Part shown: in pieces, positions 40,208 through 52,180 of the stretch
Numbering within the stretch: the first letter of the stretch is position 1
How the letters are laid out: the number at the start of each line of letters is the position of its first letter
Assembly (NCBI RefSeq): GCF_008831285.2
Contig: NC_045138.2
Coordinates: 17,484,001-17,548,000 of the forward strand
Direction of reading: 5' to 3'
DNA from: Nymphaea colorata
Lineage: Eukaryota
DNA length: 64,000 bases
The notes under the pieces: generated by a model
Databases searched by the model: none
What the model was told of the DNA's origin: nothing
Seen by the model: only the letters and a program-made list of their open reading frames with translations
Program-made: the position numbers and the translations under genes

Positions 40208-43200
40208 TCATGTCTCAACTTTGACGATCTTCGGCACTTCGACGGGGAAATTTTCGATCTCGTCCATCCAGGGGTTGGTCTCCTTGGCCGGCTTGATGGT
40301 CCGGGTCGCGCGCCAAACCGCACTGTTGCACTTGAACCCGGACCCGAACGCGATCTGCCACAACCTGTCCCCCCTCTTGACCCTGCCCTTGGCCTCAGTG
40401 TAGGCTAACTCATACCACAAAGATGAGCTAGAAGTGTTGCCAAACCTATAGAGGGTCATCCTAGAGGGCTCCATGTGCCAGTCACTTAGCTCCAGGTTCT
40501 TCTCTAGCTCATCCAGCACTGCCCTGCCACCAGCATGGATGCAGAAGTGCTCAAAGGCCAACTTGAAGTCTGGTATGTAGGGTTTCAATCCCTTGATCTT
40601 TAGCAATTTTCTACCAATCAAGGTGGCTAAGAACAGGAGCTGCTCTGACATGGGCAGCACCAATGGGCCCAGTGTGGTGATGTTGGTCTTGAGTGCATCC
40701 CCAGCCACAGCCATGAGGTCCTTGGACAGGGCCACACCAATCTTCCCCTGCTCATCCTCGCGCTGGTACACACAATTGTAGCACTGGTCGTCCGCGCCCT
40801 TGTGGGTCCGAACCGTGTGGACGAGCTCGTACTTGGAGCGGCGGCGGTCGGACCGGCGGTTCGAGAAGAGGATCGCAGCGCCACCCATGCGGAAAAGACA
40901 GTTGGACACCAGCATGGACCGCTCGTTGCCGAAGTACCAGTTGAGGGTGATGTTCTCCATGCTAACCACCATGGCATAGGTGTCCCTGTGGACCTGTGGA
41001 AAGTGATTCCAATGTTATTTTCACATTGGAAAGTTGGAAAATGTTTCCAAGGTTATTTTGATGGAGGAAAACTTTTTCACCAGAGAATTTTTTCCCTTTT
41101 TTTCTGAAAGTACAACTTTAAGAAGCTTGATTGTGATGGCATGAATGAGAAACAAAGTGGCCCTTTGATCTAGAAGGTTTTTGGTTGAAGAAAGTCAAGA
41201 GTTTAATGCTTGAGGTACACTTTTTAAGATCACTGTCAGATATTTGACTATATTTAACTTGTGATGAGACAAGCTGGCAAAGGACATAAGACAGGCACAT
41301 TAATTAGCAAAATATGACATCAGGATCCCATTTCTTAATGTTTTAGATTACAAAAATATTATTTTTTTTTTATATTTGATTAAGATTTTCTATGAAGCTT
41401 TTAGCAGAAAATGTGGGTCAGAGACCACCTGTCTGCACGTGACATCACAAGGACCCTTCTAAACATTCAGAAGAAAATGACTCTAAGACTGCTGAATGCA
41501 AGAAACTGAAAATTTCAGGAGCTTCTAGCGAAGAAATAACATGACAGGTGGGTCCTTGCAAATTATTATTTTTTCAAAGGAATTGCAGATTGAGGCCAAC
41601 TGTTTTTTGTTTTTATAAGTTTCCACACATTTATGAGGACCAAATCTTTATTCATTCATTATCTTTACCTAACTCTTTGGGCTTCTTTTATTATATTGAA
41701 GAGTCAATGATGATGGTTGGGAAATGGTAGCCAACCATCCTAACTCCCAACTAAGAGCTCACACATTGAAATCAGAGACTCAGGAAAACCACTTTGCATA
41801 CAGTAGTCATACCAACATCACCAAACTCTGAAAAACCCCAGAAATCAAGCCTGACCATCGCTGTGCTGCCAAGTGTTCTCTTTTTCTTTTTTTTTCGAGC
41901 GGCAAAAAAATATTTAATATTTCTTGAACTTTTCTTTTATTAAAAAAATACATGAGGTTGGGATACAACCTTCCCCCCCTATTTATGGCGTCCTGCTGGA
42001 TTGAAGGGATTCTGTGAGGGGAGAGAAAGCGACCTCTTATTATAAAGAGTTGTCTTGGATGATCACATGGGGGCCTTGATTGGGGTGTGCAAGCAGCATA
42101 AAGAAATTGAGGTGCCATTGTTGTTGTTCAATTTCAGAATCCTTCAATTCACACCACTTGGCTAATTATTCGCGAAAAATGATGGTAAGATCACGTTAGA
42201 AACTTGAGATTTAAAACTAATTTGCTCGAGAGACTGGTAAGGAAGGCCTATCGTTGAGCTTCTTCATGAAATAAGAAGTTTTTCTGCACTTGAAAGTTAC
42301 GAAATTTTCTTGAAATAACTTGTTTTTGGTAGAAAAAAGAAGGAGATTTCTAAGCACTGCCACCAACTAATTACAGGGGAATTATATTTTTGTTTGTTTT
42401 GAATTTATGAAAAAAAGATATGAGGGGCTTTTGAAAATGATTTCCTTAAATGCAGCAGCTGTGATCATCCGGACGCCTACCGGATTATGACGATTGAGAC
42501 TCAAGGGAGATTCCAAACGCAAAGTCAAATGAGCTCCAAAAGAATCATTTTCACATTCATTAAATTGCCTTTGAGAAAGGTAAGGGAGCTCCCGGAATAT
42601 CCTTCGAACCAGGTGAGATGGCGCCTTCGCTGCGGGCGAATGGAGCTCAGGGTGCCTGAGTTTTGACTGGTTGATCAAGTTTTAGTTTGACTGAGCCAAG
42701 TGCTATTAAAAAATAATAAATACCAACTTAAATGTATGTATCTGAGCTTCAATTAAGTTTCAATTTCAATAGCACAAGTAATCTGAATTTGAATCGGAGG
42801 TTGGTGGTTGGCTAAGTTAGCCAGGACAACATTTTAGACCTGAGCTGGTTCAGTTGGGGAGGTCGAAGGTTCGAGCCTACCTTCTATGGCTTTTCTTCAG
42901 ATTTGAAAAGAAAAAATTAATATGTATTTTTTAAAAAAAAAAAATATTTTCCGTCAAAATTTTGATTGACGGATTGCCAGCTCTGCTCGAACCTAAGCGC
43001 ATTGATGGGAGCAAGCATGATCTTGAAGTTGGAATGCATTAAACAACAAAGAAAAAAGGAAGAAGAAGAGAGGAGATAATGGGGACGACGGACCTGGAGG
43101 AGCTGCTTGGCGAGGTCGACGGAGATGAGGCCGGCGCTGCAGCCCATGCCACCGAGGTTGTAGGAGCGGATGTTGCTGCGGAGCTTGTAGTGGTTGACAA

Positions 43201-43806
43201 GCATGGCGGAGAGGGAGGGGGTGGGGTTGAAGAGGCTGCAGTTGACGATGACGATGCCGATGTCCTTGGGGTTGACGCCGGTCTTCGCCAGGAGCTGGTC
43301 GACGGCGCCGAACATGACGGCCTCCGCCTCCTTGCGGGCCTCCGCCATGCAGGGGTTGGGCGGCACTCGGAGGACGGCGGGGGGGAAGTAGGTGTCCTGC
43401 CCGAGCCCCGACCGCTCGAGGATCTTGCGTTGGAACTCGAGGTTCTGCTCGGTGAAGGTGCCGGCGAGGGCGGAGCGGGTCATGAAGATCTCGCGCGTGC
43501 ACTTCCGCTCGGACTCGGGCTTGTAGCAGGCGAAGTCGAGGAGGTAGACGGGGCGGGGGCGAGAGGAGAGGTGGAGGGCGCAGAGGAAGACGAGGAGGGA
43601 GGCGAGGGCCACGGAGGAGAGGAGGTTGTAGCGGAGGAGGGACCAGAGGGCGGTGACGTCGGTGGGGAGATGCGGGTGGAGAGGAAGGCGAGCATGGGGA
43701 CGGCGAGGAGGTAGGGGAGGTTGGAGATGAGGTAGTGGTAGCCGAGCTTCACGTACTTGAGGCGGACGGAGTGGCGGTAGTCCGGGCTGGCTGCTCCGGC
43801 GTCCAT
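40208..43806 (-). CDS. KCS: 3-ketoacyl-CoA synthase (FAE1/KCS family, KCS11/KCS2/KCS20-like), 2 exons, about 499 aa, with an apparent 1-nt frameshift at 43664-43667
   Basis: Exon 1 43806-43094, GT-AG intron 43093-40994, exon 2 40993-40208. Motifs: [107 protein letters not shown]. Adding one C after ...STRIS restores [23 protein letters not shown]. Confidence 0.92.
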
Positions 43807-43926
43807 GGCGTCGACGAAAGACAGAGGTAGAGATCTAGAGAGAGGAAGCAGAGTTGGGGATGGGGAGGAGAAGGAAGAGGGATGGGGGTTTTAAGGAGGG
43901 AGGAGGAGGTGGAGCAACGCAGAGTG

Positions 43927-43967
<41 letters not shown>

Positions 43968-44076
43968 GAAGGAGAAGAGAGGATGCAACCACCCCAACTA
44001 ACCGTTTAACTGCGGTGTTCCTCTTGCATTCATTACGAAAGTTGGAACTGTGCGTGTGCAAATACGTGTCTGGAGT

Positions 44077-44125
<49 letters not shown>

Positions 44126-46530
44126 AAAGTGGGTCTACCTCTATGAGGCCAATGAATGGATCAGAAACATATTCATTTAAATCTAGAGAGAGAAAGGGAA
44201 AGTCTGAAATGAGTCTAACATGAGAGCCCAATTATGGCAAACTAGAAACAGATCCATTTAGAGTTGGAAACGAACCTGGCCGGCCGCCGGTTATTGACTT
44301 CTCCTGTTGATCAGAATGTTCAACAGATTTGGCTCACAAAACATGGTGTTCCTTTTATCTAAGACTTGGTTTGGTAATATAATTTTAACAAAGTGGTTGA
44401 ACCGATAATGCTATTGGAAGGTTCAAGCCACAGAGAATTACAAGGTTGTGAACGCCATTGGAAAGTTGAAACTATAGAATTACAACAGGCTAGTAAGGCG
44501 TGCTGCCGATCGGAGCTGTAAATATGGATATTGATGACTAGTGCTGTAAATCAGGCCATTGTAAATATCACTGCCTTGTAAAATGATTTTACCCCCAATA
44601 GCGATATTCACGACATTCTTGAAGAGATGAGAAGACCGGAATCCCCATGGTAATTCCGGCCGGCCAACTCCCGGCCGGTGGCTCAGCTGACACTAGCAGA
44701 GCCACCTAACCATACGGATCTGCGTAAATTGTTTAGTAAGTATACTGGACGATCGTTTTTTTTTACTGTGTTAATGCCCGTCAGCTAAAATTTCTCCCCG
44801 GTGAAATTTCTGAAAAATATTATTCTACTTTTGTACAAGTCTAGAGAAAACTATTCTGCCAAAAAAAAATCTACCTTTACCTGTTAAGTTAACAAGGATT
44901 CACATCATTATATAAAAAGAAAAACAAGAAAAATAGAAAAGGACTTGATCGTCATTTTATTAAAAGATAATGATGAGTTTAGTGTTAGGAGGCTTTGGCT
45001 CCAAGGATGTTAGAGGTAGAGAATTCTGGTCAAACGGCGAAGCCAAGATTTTTTTCAAGGGCGGGCCAAACAGTTCAACCTCAGATTTAGGTAGGGGCCA
45101 AACTGAACTCGAATGTAAAAAATACATTGCACAACTAAAGTTTTTTAATTTTTTCAAATACATTTTTTTTTTCAATTAATTGGGATGGGACCATGGCTTA
45201 GGTGCCCCCCTCCCTCCACCCCGGTCAATAGGTACTATTTGTATAATTTTAAAATTATATGACACACCTGTATGTAAATAAACAAGAAAGCAGCCATGAA
45301 ATTTTAATATAAAAATAAACATTTTTTACGAGTCTGTGTGGGCAATTGCCCCCACCATGCTTACACCTACTCCGCTCGTGCTTGGCTCGATGTTTAGTAA
45401 ACAAGCTTTTCTTTTGGTGTTTGTGGTCAAGCTTTCGTCCACATGTAATTTATTGTACTTCATATTGTTAACGCCTTTTTTTGGCGTTTGGAGTTTCCCT
45501 TGCTCTGCCTTTGCATAGGATTCCTTATGGTTTTTTTTTTCCTCGGTTGAATATAATATAAATATCAATTCAGAAAAATACATTCAACTTTTCATGTTTA
45601 GACGCTTGATTTAAAGTATTGATTTCTTAAGATTCGCATTAAATTCCAAACAGCTCAAACTCGATCATATTTTTGTTAATTTCACTAAAAGTTAAAGCTA
45701 AGACATCTTCCAAATAAGATAATCAATAAAGTATGTGGTCAATGCAACCGTAGGCAGCTCCAACGGAGATATTACTTAATATTATTAATATTGTTTGTCG
45801 AACTTGAATGCAAAACATTGTTTAAAAAGCACTTAATAATATGCTTTCTAAAATGCGATCACCCATGGTCGGGCTTCGATTCAATATGATCTTGAAAATG
45901 AAGCACCAAGTTCAAAATATTACTTGCATTTTTGAGCTAATGATGAGAATAATATGAAACACCAAAAAAATGTATATAAGATTCTTCTTAATTTACAGTC
46001 ACATAACTTAGCAATTAAACATTCAAAAGTAAGTTTGATGCCTTATCATTAATTAAATTTGGGGAATCTTGGAAGACTTGATTTTTAATCCCTCCCAAGC
46101 TGTTGTCCCAACTGGAATGATGAATTTGCTATTTAAACTGATTCAACTTGATGTCACAAGTCAGCTTAAGAAATTGTATCTGTAGGCGATTAGTTTACTC
46201 TTGGAGACTGTCAGGTAATGATGTACAAGTAGTCGAGCCAACTTAGGTTCGACTTGAACTCGTTTGTCAGAACTCGACTCGTTTATAAACCAGTGGAATT
46301 GAGGTGAGTTGTTAATCACAAGTTTGATGACGATGAAGGAAAGATAGAGGAAAATCTGTCAACAAATATGCATCAAAGGGGAGGGGAGGTATTTTTGAAA
46401 ATTTTCATAAAATAATGGACATTTTAGACTTTTTTACCTTCTTCCTTTACCCTTTTAAGAAGTTTCTTTCTATATTTTAATAGGGCCATTGGGTCATTGC
46501 ACACTCATTGTCAGATATGTTTCATGCAAT

Positions 46531-47012
46531 TAGGGGTGAACAATGAGCTCGACTCGTTAAAGCTCGACTCATGAAAGAGTTCGAGCCGAGTCGTTTGTTT
46601 AACGAGTCGAGCTCGAGTTCATGAGTAGACTTGTTCAAATAATCGAGTTGAGTTCGAACTCAACACGTGATTGCCGAGCCGAGCTCGAGCCTTAATTAAG
46701 TCGATATATTCAAACGAGTTTACAAGTTTGTCGAGCCTTATTCGAGTCAAGCTCGAGCTCAACACATAACGACGAATATCAATTCTATTCAAACGAGTTT
46801 GTTGAGTCTTAATCGAGTTAACAATGAATATTAATTTTATTCAACCGAGTTTATCGAACCTTAATCGAGTCAAGCTCGAGCCGAGTCGACCTGCTTCCAT
46901 CAAGCCGGGTCAGGCTCATGCTGCTTCCGTCGAGCTATTTTCGAGCTCGAGGTTTCATTAACCAAGCCAGCTGACTGAACTAGGGTTCGATTGGACTCAT
47001 GTTCACTCGTTA
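46531..47012 (+). mobile_element. Non-autonomous hAT element (MITE-like)
   Basis: TIRs TAGGGGTGAACA and TGTTCACTCGTTA; 8-bp TSD CATGCAAT / CATGCAAC; dense GAGCTCGA(G/C)TCG subterminal repeats. Confidence 0.8.
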
Positions 47013-48039
47013 CATGCAACATATTACGCTATTACAAATAACCGGAAATTGATTTTAGATGCGCTTTTGATTAGTTAGCAATCTCTAAGAAAAAGGGTCT
47101 GCCATAGTCATTGAAACACAACCAATTAGATTCCCTGCACTGTCCCCATTATATGCATGACATATCACATCATACTTGAGGGCATGTTGCTAGTGATTTC
47201 TCCTTGCATTCATTTTAGTCAGGCGTATTTCTGCAACTTCAGGCCGAGTCTGACACACAACCTATTCCCACACTTCCACCGTAAAAATGCAGTTGAATGT
47301 CGGTGCTACCTCCATGTACCATACATAATTAATTTATCTTCTAATTTCAAATATTTTTAAAATTTTAAAAACATTTATATGCTTTTCATTTTCATAAGTT
47401 TAATTATTTGGAATCGGTTCATTTGATTCGATTTTTTATTTTCTATTGACTATATTGACAAGAGTCTAATGCATATTTAATCAGATCTGATTGAGAAATG
47501 GTTCTGATTCACCTATTCTGAATCATCTAACTTTCCAATCCCATCCAAAGTCATGACATTGGTAAAAAAAAAGTGAACAGTTGTATTCATTGAGTATTTA
47601 TAGTAGAAATTAGATAAAGAAAAAAAATACGATTATATATGGAGAAAAACAATAAGGAAGATTGGAAAATTTTGCCGTCACCAATGTAAAAGCAAGTGGG
47701 CGGCACTTTTCATGGAATGTTTACCATAGTAATTAATTAATTGAAAAAAAGTAAAATTATATATGGAGAAAAATGAAAATGAAGATTGGAGAATCCTCTT
47801 CTTCCTTATTTACATACAACTGTTTCAGGTAACTGGTGCATCTCTCAGCCATGGGCAATCTATCTAATTCCTATATATTATTGTTGATCTGGTTTCTGCT
47901 ATTCAAGGGGTTGAGATTGTAAAATGGACCTGAATAGGTGGATTTGAATCAAATTGTTCCCTTCCCGATTAGATTCAGGAGATGATTCTTTTTCACTAAA
48001 ACTTGGCAAGGGTCGATCAGTTTCTATTTCGAATTCTCG

Positions 48040-48180
48040 TAATATCAATTTATTATAAGAAAAGGATACAAATATGCAACTTGAAAACTTGAAACATAGA
48101 AGGTATATATATAATATCAATTTATTATAAGAAAATGATACAAATATGCAACTTGAAACATAGAAGGTATATATATATAT
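48040..48180. repeat. About 70-bp tandem duplication
   Basis: TAATATCAATTTATTATAAGAAAA.GATACAAATATGCAACTTGAAA..CATAGAAGGTATATATAT twice. Confidence 0.85.
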
Positions 48181-48824
48181 ATCACGGTTGTACCCTATTG
48201 TATGTTCCCCTCCATTGCAGAAAGCTAGCCCTCCTTGCTAAATTTAGGTCATAAATAGTAAAATGCTTACATAGTTTTGAAGGATGCAATATGTTATTTT
48301 TAGTACTTCACAAAAGAAAAAAAAACATTTGAGGAGTCCACATGGTTCTACTTTAGTGCCTTTTCAAAGGCTAGTGTGGGCAACAGCCTACATCAGCGCA
48401 CAGTTGCCCACATTTGTCTCCGCTACTGCTATAATTATATTATAACACTAATATTTGATAAAATATCATGTATTTTTTGGTGAATTTTGAAATTAAAGTG
48501 ATCTTAACCATTCCCATACAGTTTTCCATTGAAACCATTCACATACACTAATATGGATGTGTAACCTCCACCCGATCAATTGTAGAGCACTCTGATAAAG
48601 AAATCCTTCGGCCTTTCATAGCACACTACCAATGCATTCTGATGCTATGTTTGTTTCGTAGGGCACTAATGCATTGGGTGGTTGTGATTGGAGGAAACTT
48701 TAAATGACTGGATGCCTTCAACTTTTATTTAATACATACACATGTGCTTGTATTCGGTAGTTGTGTTCATTTCGAAGTTCTATTAATTTATGTCCTTCGA
48801 CATATTCCTTTCGGACCCGCTCTC

Positions 48825-49569
48825 CTAGTTTTCTTTCGAGATGGCACGATGAAAGCAATGGGTGTTTGCGTGGCTAGTGATGCATTAGCAATGGGGCGAG
48901 TGGGTTAAATAGGTGTTGGGGGCCAACCGATAGCCAACACGAGGGAAGAAAGGAACCGGTAGGAGAGGCTTGAGCCCCCCCTAATCGTCTACATGAGTGG
49001 ACACTCGTTTTTGCGTGAGAATCAAGAGAAAGGAGGTGGTGGAGGCACATGTACATGTTTTTTTTTTTCACTCTCTTTTTTGTCTTTGTGAAATTTTTTG
49101 TTTATTTGACTGAGCCAGGCTGGGTAGCATTTTTGTGGAAAGATATTCTTTTTTTAATCTGTCTTAAATTTTATGTATTTATATATTTGTTTATATAAAA
49201 AAAACATTTCTTTTTATGCTTTCTTTTTGAAAAAATAAATAAATACATGCATACATAGGGATTCTGGTAAGAAGATCTCCCCACTAAAATGCTACCCAGC
49301 CTGGTTCAGTCAAATAAAACAAAAACTTTTACAAAGAAAAAAAAGAGTAAAAAAAAAAAAAGGAAACATCTCCTTTAGCTTCCTCTTGGTGCTCAGATAG
49401 ACGGCTAACTCAGGCTCGAGTGCTGGCCCTTTCTACTGGTTCCCTTCCTTCCTCCCCCTAGCTGTCGGTTGGAACCCCGAACTTACTTAGCCCACTCCCC
49501 CTTTGCTAATGCATCACCAGTCATGCAAACACCCATCCCTTCCAAGGTGCCGTCTCCAAAGAAAACCAG
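48825..49569. repeat. Inverted repeat A: old, diverged fold-back with arms about 48825-49144 and 49275-49569
   Basis: ATGGGTGTTTGCGTGGCTAGTGATGCATTAGCAA pairs with TTGCTAATGCATCACCAGTCATGCAAACACCCAT; TTTATTTGACTGAGCCAGGCTGGGTAGCATTTT pairs with AAAATGCTACCCAGCCTGGTTCAGTCAAATAAA. Confidence 0.85.
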
Positions 49570-50819
49570 ACGAACTAGGGGATTGAGACTAAGATATCAC
49601 AAGTGAAAACATCATCTAAAGATAATGATATTTTTATTTCTACTTTGACGGCAAGGAATATGAATTCAATAACCAATATATAGATTCAAATTTCGGTTCA
49701 CATGGACATTCCTAGATGTTAATGCAAAAAAAAAAAACAACGGCGAAAGATGGACATGTTTTGGGTGAGTGAGAGGTATTAATCCTACCACCCGAAAAAA
49801 TCCCAAAGGCCCCCCCATTCCCCCTTGCCTCTAGGGTCTTGAGCTACATCGGTGTCAGCAATAGCAACGGTGCACCCTTCAACTTGATTTTGCGTTCTAC
49901 CACCTTAAGATACAAGAACATAGCGCCCACAATAATCGAACTAGAGACCTGCCTTTATATAGGCCCCTAGCCCGACCAGCTACGTTATACTCCTTGTGAT
50001 GAGAGATGAGCATGTTGATTGCCTGCAAATCATATACCAATTTGTAAAAGCAAAATAGAAATAATAGATGAGAACCGAACGAGAATCTAACTTTTGTCTT
50101 CTTATATATGTGATGCATGGCATGATGACCTCTTCTTGTTGTTTCGTACTTTTCTCTTGTCCTCTTTTCTTTTAGTCAAGCAAAAATGAAGAGGATTGCT
50201 GAGGTTAGATAGGCCCTATTCTGCAGCAGCATGAGTTTTGAACTCTTGACCTCCCTTGAAGTTGAACTAACTAGGTGAATGGTGCTCTTATTTGGTTCTT
50301 GATCCAAACGTTAAATCCAATAGATATTGCACAAATGGGTCCAGATCAGGTTAGCCAGGTACCAAAGTGAAGGAAATGAACTTCACAAAAAATATATATC
50401 TTGGTTCTCCGTTCAAACATGATCCATTTTTTGAGTTTTTGCTATGTGATATGGCATAATTCTTCATTTTCAATCGATTTTGCAGTTTTTTCTCAAATTT
50501 TTTAAGCTTTTGGGTTGCACTGTTTGGAAAACTTGGTTTAATGTAACAAATCATAGTTTTTGAGACCTGGTTGAAATGTTTAGAGAGAAAGAAAAACCAA
50601 AGCTTTTGTTTTTTTTAGGGTTAGGGGGCATAAGTTATTCACACCCATTTAAATATATATATTTTATACTTAATTATTATGGTCAAGACTACAGAAACAC
50701 TGTACGACCCACTTGCTTTCAGATCTACGAGAGGGGAGATTTTCTAGTCTTCCTTATAGTTTTTCTCTGTACATAAATTTATTTTTTTCTTAATTTAATT
50801 TCTATTATAAATACTCCAT

Positions 50820-50903
50820 AAAGAGTATTGGTCACTGGTTTTGACGTACATTAATGGAGAAAGAGTATTGGTCACTGGTTTTGACTTACATTGATGGAGA
50901 AAG
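50820..50903. repeat. 40-bp tandem duplication
   Basis: AAGAGTATTGGTCACTGGTTTTGAC.TACATT.ATGGAGA twice. Confidence 0.85.
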
Positions 50904-51228
50904 GATTTTTCAATCTTATTGGTCGTTTTTTTCCTATATATAATTTCACTTTTTATTTTAATTAATTTTCATGATGAAGACTGCCCACTTGTTTCCACAT
51001 GATTGGGAATAAAAAGTGAGGTAGGCTCTTCCGGTGAATTAACCAAAAATAAAAAAATTGATCAATTTAATTTAATTTTGTCATGCTTACCCCATGTGCC
51101 ACACATCATTTATTTTTAAAAATTTTTAGCTTTTAATAAGCTTTTATATGTTTTTTCTTTTTCTTAAATTTCATTTTTTTTTGAATCGGTCCATTTGATG
51201 GTAGTGGTTGGGAGGCAAGGCAAGGCAA

Positions 51229-51394
51229 GGAGGGCCTCGATGCATCGGCGCTCGAAGGTCTGGCCGGAGGGAACGATGACGGGGTCTGCCATGGGAGCGT
51301 TGGAGATGGGGCGGAGGAACTCGAGCGGTGGCGCTTTCTGGTGTTGCTGACGGAAGTGGAAGGATATCGTCCACCGGTTTTTGCCGCTGCCCAT
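51229..51394 (-). pseudogene. Left-arm copy of the U-box gene fragment
   Basis: Same peptide, with the conserved Cys changed (EFLRPIS) and RWTISF instead of RWRISF. Confidence 0.85.
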
Positions 51395-52014
51395 TTCCTT
51401 CCTCCTCTCCCTCGCTGTGGACAAGAGCTCCAGCGATCGATAGAACCAGAACGGGCCTGTGGTCTCTCTCTCGTTCTTAGGTGGGAGGAAACATCAGGAG
51501 AAATCTTCGACCAGAGAAGAAGCGGCTACAGAGAGATAGCGAGAGAGAAACAGAGAGGAGGGGGCCACTTTCCAAACGCCAATCACTACACATGAATGTG
51601 TTTCAATTCCATCAACTGTTTCTGAAGATATTTCGGGATTGCTATTCCTTCCTTCCTCTTCCTTCCTCTCACCGCAGAAATCAAAACAATTTTGGGAGTT
51701 GGCAGAAAACCTGAGCTCTATCGAGTTGATGGAATTGAAAGGGGAAGGAAGGAAGGAATGGCAATCCCGAAATATCCTCAGAAACAGTTTATGGAATTGA
51801 AACACATTCATGTGTAGTGATTGGCGTTTGGAAAGTCGCCCCCTCCTCTCTGTTTCTTTCTCGCTATCTCTCTGTAGCCGCTTCTTCTCTGGTCGAAGAT
51901 TTCTCCTGATGTTTCCTCCCACCTAAGAACGAGAGAGAGAGAGAGACCACAGACCCGTTCTGGTTCTATCGATCGCTGGAGCTCTTGTCCACAGCGAGGG
52001 AGAGGAGAAAGGAA

Positions 52015-52180
52015 ATGGGCAGCGGCAAAAACCGGTGGAGGATATCCTTCCACTTCCGTCAGCAACGCCAGAAAGCGCCACCGCTCGAGTTCCTCTGCCC
52101 CATCTCCAACGCTCCCATGGCTGACCCCGTCATCGTTCCCTCCGGCCAGACCTTCGAGCGCCGATGCATCGAGGCCCTCC
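52015..52180 (+). pseudogene. Captured 5' fragment of a U-box E3 ligase gene (PUB38/39/40-like), right-arm copy
   Basis: MGSGKNRWRISFHFRQQRQKAPPLEFLCPISNAPMADPVIVPSGQTFERRCIEA matches the U-box start P.EF.CPIS...M.DPV...SGQTFER, preceded by the MG..K.RW..SFH N-terminus typical of PUB38-40; similarity stops mid-domain. Confidence 0.85.

Noticed and set aside
42993..43714. Long overlapping ORFs around KCS exon 1 (43079..43714 plus, 42993..43502 minus, 43194..43391 plus)
   Set aside because: Shadow frames caused by very high third-position GC in the KCS exon; no independent motifs.
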